Below, piece by piece: positions 44,940 through 47,303 of a stretch of DNA of 47,303 bases (positions within the stretch are counted from its first letter, which is position 1; every line of letters begins with the position of its first letter). The stretch is from a bacterium (GTDB lineage: Bacteria; Patescibacteriota; Minisyncoccia; Phycocordibacterales; Phycocordibacteraceae): positions 1-47,303 of the forward strand of contig JAJYJQ010000003.1 of assembly GCA_021789225.1 (NCBI GenBank), given 5' to 3'. The notes under the pieces were generated by a model. It ran no database searches. It was given only the letters and a program-made list of their open reading frames with translations, and had not been told where the DNA came from. The position numbers were made by a program, and so were the translations under genes.

Positions 44940-45154
44940 CGAGCATTCAAGAAATCAAAGCGCAGACAGAAGCTGACGTGGTCGCGTCGGCCATTGCAAA
45001 GCTTGAGGAAATGGACCGGCAGAGCGAAGAGGACGCGGCGGAGATCGAGCGGCTCGCGAGCGAGCTCGACGAGGTTGAAAAGAAGGCCAAAGAGGAGCTG
45101 ACGGCGCTCATGCTCGAAGAAGCAGCCTATCTAGCAGAAGAGGATTCGGATTAA
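44936..45154 (+). CDS. Small acidic coiled-coil protein (72 aa)
   Basis: It has an ATGA overlap with the preceding gene. The sequence is helical and acidic (EEDAAEIERLASELDEVEKKAKEEL). Confidence 0.5.
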   Translation: MTSIQEIKAQTEADVVASAIAKLEEMDRQSEEDAAEIERLASELDEVEKKAKEELTALMLEEAAYLAEEDSD

Positions 45155-45221
45155 GAACCCTTCCCAAAGGGAAGCCGGCTTGTTTTTTGAAACTGAACTC
45201 CCGGTGCTATAATTGTGCAGA

Positions 45222-45911
45222 ATGCGAAAAGATAAGGAAAGAGCCATTTTGTTGCGTAAAGCTGGGAACAGTTATCGCGCCATCAGTGCGGAGCTCCACG
45301 TGCCCTTGAGCACGCTCTCGAACTGGTTTCGCGAGGAGGCGTGGTCAGAAGAGGTGGCGCGCAAGCTGCGCTCGCAGGCGCAGGCGGCGCACACGGCGCG
45401 TCTGCTCGACCTCAATAAGACGCGCGGGGCGCGGCTCCGAGAAGCGTACGAGCAGGCGCGCGAGGAGGCGAAAACGGAGCTGGCGCAGCTTCAGTACGAT
45501 CCGCTTTTTATCGCGGGAGTGATGCTGTACTGGGGAGAAGGGGACAAGGGCTCAAAACATCATGTGAAACTGAGCAATACGGACCCGAAGCTCGTGCGGC
45601 TCTATGTGCGGTTTCTGACGGACGCGTGCGGTATTCCGCGGCACAAAATAAAGGCGCATCTGCTGCTCCATCCGGATCTGGAAGAAAAGGTTTGCCGGGC
45701 GTACTGGGAGAAAGCGGCAGGGATTCCGTGGAAAAACTTCACGAAAAGCGTTCGCATACAAGGCCGGCATGAGACGCTCCGGCTCAAATGGGGTGTATGC
45801 ATCGTGACGGTCTCAAGCGCGTATTTCAAACAGAAGGTGCTCGCGTGGCTTACATTGCTGCCAGAAGCGTTGCTTGATAGGCAGGAATATGCGAATATGA
45901 CGGAGCAGTAG
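45222..45911 (+). CDS. HTH plus single-motif LAGLIDADG-like protein (paralogue 2)
   Basis: The ATG at 45222 is preceded by the extended -10 TGCTATAAT (45205-45213). The HTH is LRKAGNSYRAISAELHVPLSTLSNWF and the motif is FIAGVMLYWGEGDKGSKHHVKLSNTDPKLVRLYVRFLTD. Confidence 0.7.
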   Translation: MRKDKERAILLRKAGNSYRAISAELHVPLSTLSNWFREEAWSEEVARKLRSQAQAAHTARLLDLNKTRGARLREAYEQAREEAKTELAQLQYDPLFIAGVMLYWGEGDKGSKHHVKLSNTDPKLVRLYVRFLTDACGIPRHKIKAHLLLHPDLEEKVCRAYWEKAAGIPWKNFTKSVRIQGRHETLRLKWGVCIVTVSSAYFKQKVLAWLTLLPEALLDRQEYANMTEQ

Positions 45912-45917
45912 CAACTT

Positions 45918-45988
45918 GCGGATATAGTTTAGTGGTAGAACGGCTCCTTGCCAAGGAGCAGGCGGGAGTTCGATTCTCCCTATCCGCA
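45918..45988 (+). tRNA. tRNA-Gly (anticodon GCC), no encoded CCA
   Basis: Acceptor GCGGATA/TATCCGC, anticodon arm GCTCC-TTGCCAA-GGAGC, and T arm GGGAG-TTCGATT-CTCCC. Confidence 0.88.
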
Positions 45989-46046
45989 CAAAATTAAGGG
46001 GAACGACACGATGTGCCGAGGAGATTAGGAAGGAGGGTGTGAGTGT

Positions 46047-46089
46047 TGTGGATTTCAACTGTGGATAAAGGTGTTAATTCTGGGGATAA
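46047..46089. promoter_or_regulatory. Cluster of three DnaA-box-like 9-mers
   Basis: TGTGGATTT is at 46047-46055. TGTGGATAA at 46060-46068 is a perfect reverse complement of TTATCCACA. TGGGGATAA is at 46081-46089. Confidence 0.45.
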
Positions 46090-46167
46090 AGGACAGTTGG
46101 GCGAATTGGCCGTTAGTGCGAGTTTCTTTTAAATAGTGAATAAATAAGCCGTTTTTCTCTCGGCCAG

Positions 46168-46176
46168 TGGTATGAT
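46168..46176 (+). promoter_or_regulatory. Extended -10 TGGTATGAT, 6 nt upstream of the yraN ATG
   Basis: TGgTATGATagcttcATG. Confidence 0.5.
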
Positions 46177-46182
46177 AGCTTC

Positions 46183-46581
46183 ATGAACCTTACAGGTGCG
46201 TCTCGCAAAGAGGTGGGGAACATCGGTGAGCGCGCCGCTGCCGAGTATCTTCGCCGCAATGGCTTCCGTATCCTCGACCGGAATGTGGCTAGAAAGACCG
46301 GAGAGCTCGATATTGTGGCGCAAAAAGGTGCAGTCGTGCACGTGGTAGAGGTGAAAAGTATCGCGTGCGATGAATTTCCGGGCACCCCGGCTCGCGGACG
46401 CTCTGTCTTTGACCCGGCGGAGAACCTGCATCCTATGAAGATACGGAAGGTAGTGCGCACGGGCGAGTGGTATGTGGCTGAAAAGGGCTGGGAAGGGGAA
46501 TGGCAGGTGGATGGGGTGGTCGTGTGGCTGCGCCGGAGAGACGGCGTGGCGCGTGTCCGATACATTCCGCACATTGTCTGA
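46183..46581 (+). CDS. yraN: YraN-family (UPF0102) endonuclease-like protein
   Basis: 132 aa. G...E..A..YL...G..IL.RN.....GELDIVA......V.VEVK is present. Confidence 0.85.
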   Translation: MNLTGASRKEVGNIGERAAAEYLRRNGFRILDRNVARKTGELDIVAQKGAVVHVVEVKSIACDEFPGTPARGRSVFDPAENLHPMKIRKVVRTGEWYVAEKGWEGEWQVDGVVVWLRRRDGVARVRYIPHIV

Positions 46582-46771
46582 TAGGATAGAGGTGCGAGCG
46601 AATAAAAGTGGTAGCGTTAGTACTTTTATGTGTCTTGTTCGCGGGGTGTAGTATACCGGTAAGCGAAGCTTTCTGCCTGCGCTCGCCTCGGGCATGTAAC
46701 GCCCGCGGGCGTTACATGCCTCTCGGCTCGCTTGGCAGTAGTACGCGTCCTGAGGGAATTCAAAACTAAGT

Positions 46772-46842
46772 CGGGGTGTGGTGTAGTGGTAGCACGCGTC
46801 CTTTGGGAGGATGTAGCCCGAGTTCGAATCTCGGCACCCCGA
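46772..46842 (+). tRNA. tRNA-Pro (anticodon TGG), no encoded CCA
   Basis: Acceptor CGGGGTG/CACCCCG, anticodon arm CGTCC-TTTGGGA-GGATG, and T arm CCGAG-TTCGAAT-CTCGG. It is flanked by a 14-nt leader/trailer inverted repeat. Confidence 0.88.
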
Positions 46843-46888
46843 CTTAGTTTTGAATCGGCTGTCCGGGGGACAGCCGGTAAGAAAGAGT

Positions 46889-46923
46889 GTTCGATTCCCG
46901 GCACCCCGACTGAGTTTTGAATC
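46889..46923 (+). repeat. Degenerate duplicate of the tRNA-Pro 3' end plus trailer (32 of 35 nt identical to 46822-46856)
   Basis: GTTCGATTCCCGGCACCCCGACTGAGTTTTGAATC compares with GTTCGAATCTCGGCACCCCGACTTAGTTTTGAATC. No 5' half is present. Confidence 0.8.
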
Positions 46924-47303
46924 AGTGTGCGGTGGAGAGGGCTTGGACGAGAGTTGCGGTGAGCGCCTGCATTCTCGTTGCAAATGCGTCAGCAACGGTG
47001 CTTGGAGTTTGTGTAAGCACGGAATCAATCGATGTGCCCATCTCCTGGGCGTAGTCGCGACGTATATAGGAAGCGGTGATGGCCCGGAGATCGCGATTTT
47101 GCGTGGCGCCTTCGGTAGTGCTGGTCGTGATGGTGCCGACAAGCTCGCCCGCATCATTGATCGCGCCGCCGCCGGATGAACCCTCTTGCGCCGCGGCCGT
47201 GCCGCCCAAGGAAATGAGGTCAACGGTATCTGTCGTAAAGGTGTAGCGGTCTTTTATCGAGCCGTACACTATGGTCGGGTAGAGGGAAGAGAGGATTTCT
47301 TGC
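46922..47303 (-). CDS. Trypsin-like serine peptidase, C-terminal part (gene runs off the window)
   Basis: The frame stays open to the window edge. The catalytic-serine motif context is QEGSSGGGAINDAGELVG. Confidence 0.6.
   Translation of the reverse strand, partial: QEILSSLYPTIVYGSIKDRYTFTTDTVDLISLGGTAAAQEGSSGGGAINDAGELVGTITTSTTEGATQNRDLRAITASYIRRDYAQEMGTSIDSVLTQTPSTVADAFATRMQALTATLVQALSTAH

Noticed and set aside
46641-46770. A second complete tRNA (with an intron or long variable arm) upstream of tRNA-Pro
   Set aside because: It starts like a tRNA (CGGGGTGTAGT), but no D stem, anticodon arm or T loop can be drawn on either strand. It is kept only as a 5'-like fragment in the tRNA-Pro finding.
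46129-47223. 364-aa minus-strand ORF
   Set aside because: It runs antisense through yraN and straight across the tRNA-Pro gene and its repeats. Only its final part, in a different frame (46922 onward), is a believable peptidase gene.

Overview
This 47.3-kb, high-GC window is origin-proximal bacterial chromosome. It carries ruvB, yebC-ruvC, a class A PBP, dnaA-dnaN with a DnaA-box-rich spacer, and rpmH-rnpA-yidC. The gene content suggests a reduced, monoderm, Patescibacteria/CPR-like organism: PrgI-like and VirB2-like pilin genes, short housekeeping proteins, and tRNAs without encoded CCA next to a cca gene. That assignment is inference only.

The main accessory feature is an 11-gene, about 15-kb, minus-strand cluster at 9901-24770. 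It encodes a minimal type IV secretion-like apparatus: a VirB4-like ATPase, a PrgI/VirB3-like protein, a VirB6-like polytopic protein, a VirB2/TrbC-like pilin, and seven secreted, membrane-anchored, proline-rich or soluble proteins with no recognisable family. No coupling protein, relaxase or VirB11 is present in the window. The VirB4-like ATPase is interrupted exactly in its Walker A loop by a 664-aa intein carrying a LAGLIDADG endonuclease.

Other notable items:
- Two diverged paralogous HTH plus LAGLIDADG-like genes, each immediately 5' of a tRNA gene.
- A 284-nt whole-length palindromic element between dnaA and rpmH.
- An array of TTACACGTGAAA near-palindromes in a 450-bp non-coding gap.
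- A tRNA-Pro locus with a 21-bp leader-trailer duplex and a duplicated 3' fragment.
- A second DnaA-box cluster.
- A frameshifted CBM-M23 peptidase gene.
- A RelE-type toxin-antitoxin pair fused to the rsmA operon.
- A recurring arrangement of a -10 hexamer, 6-11 nt, then the start codon, implying mostly leaderless mRNAs.

No CRISPR array, rRNA gene or transposase was seen. All calls come from reading the sequence and the ORF translations; no database search was run.
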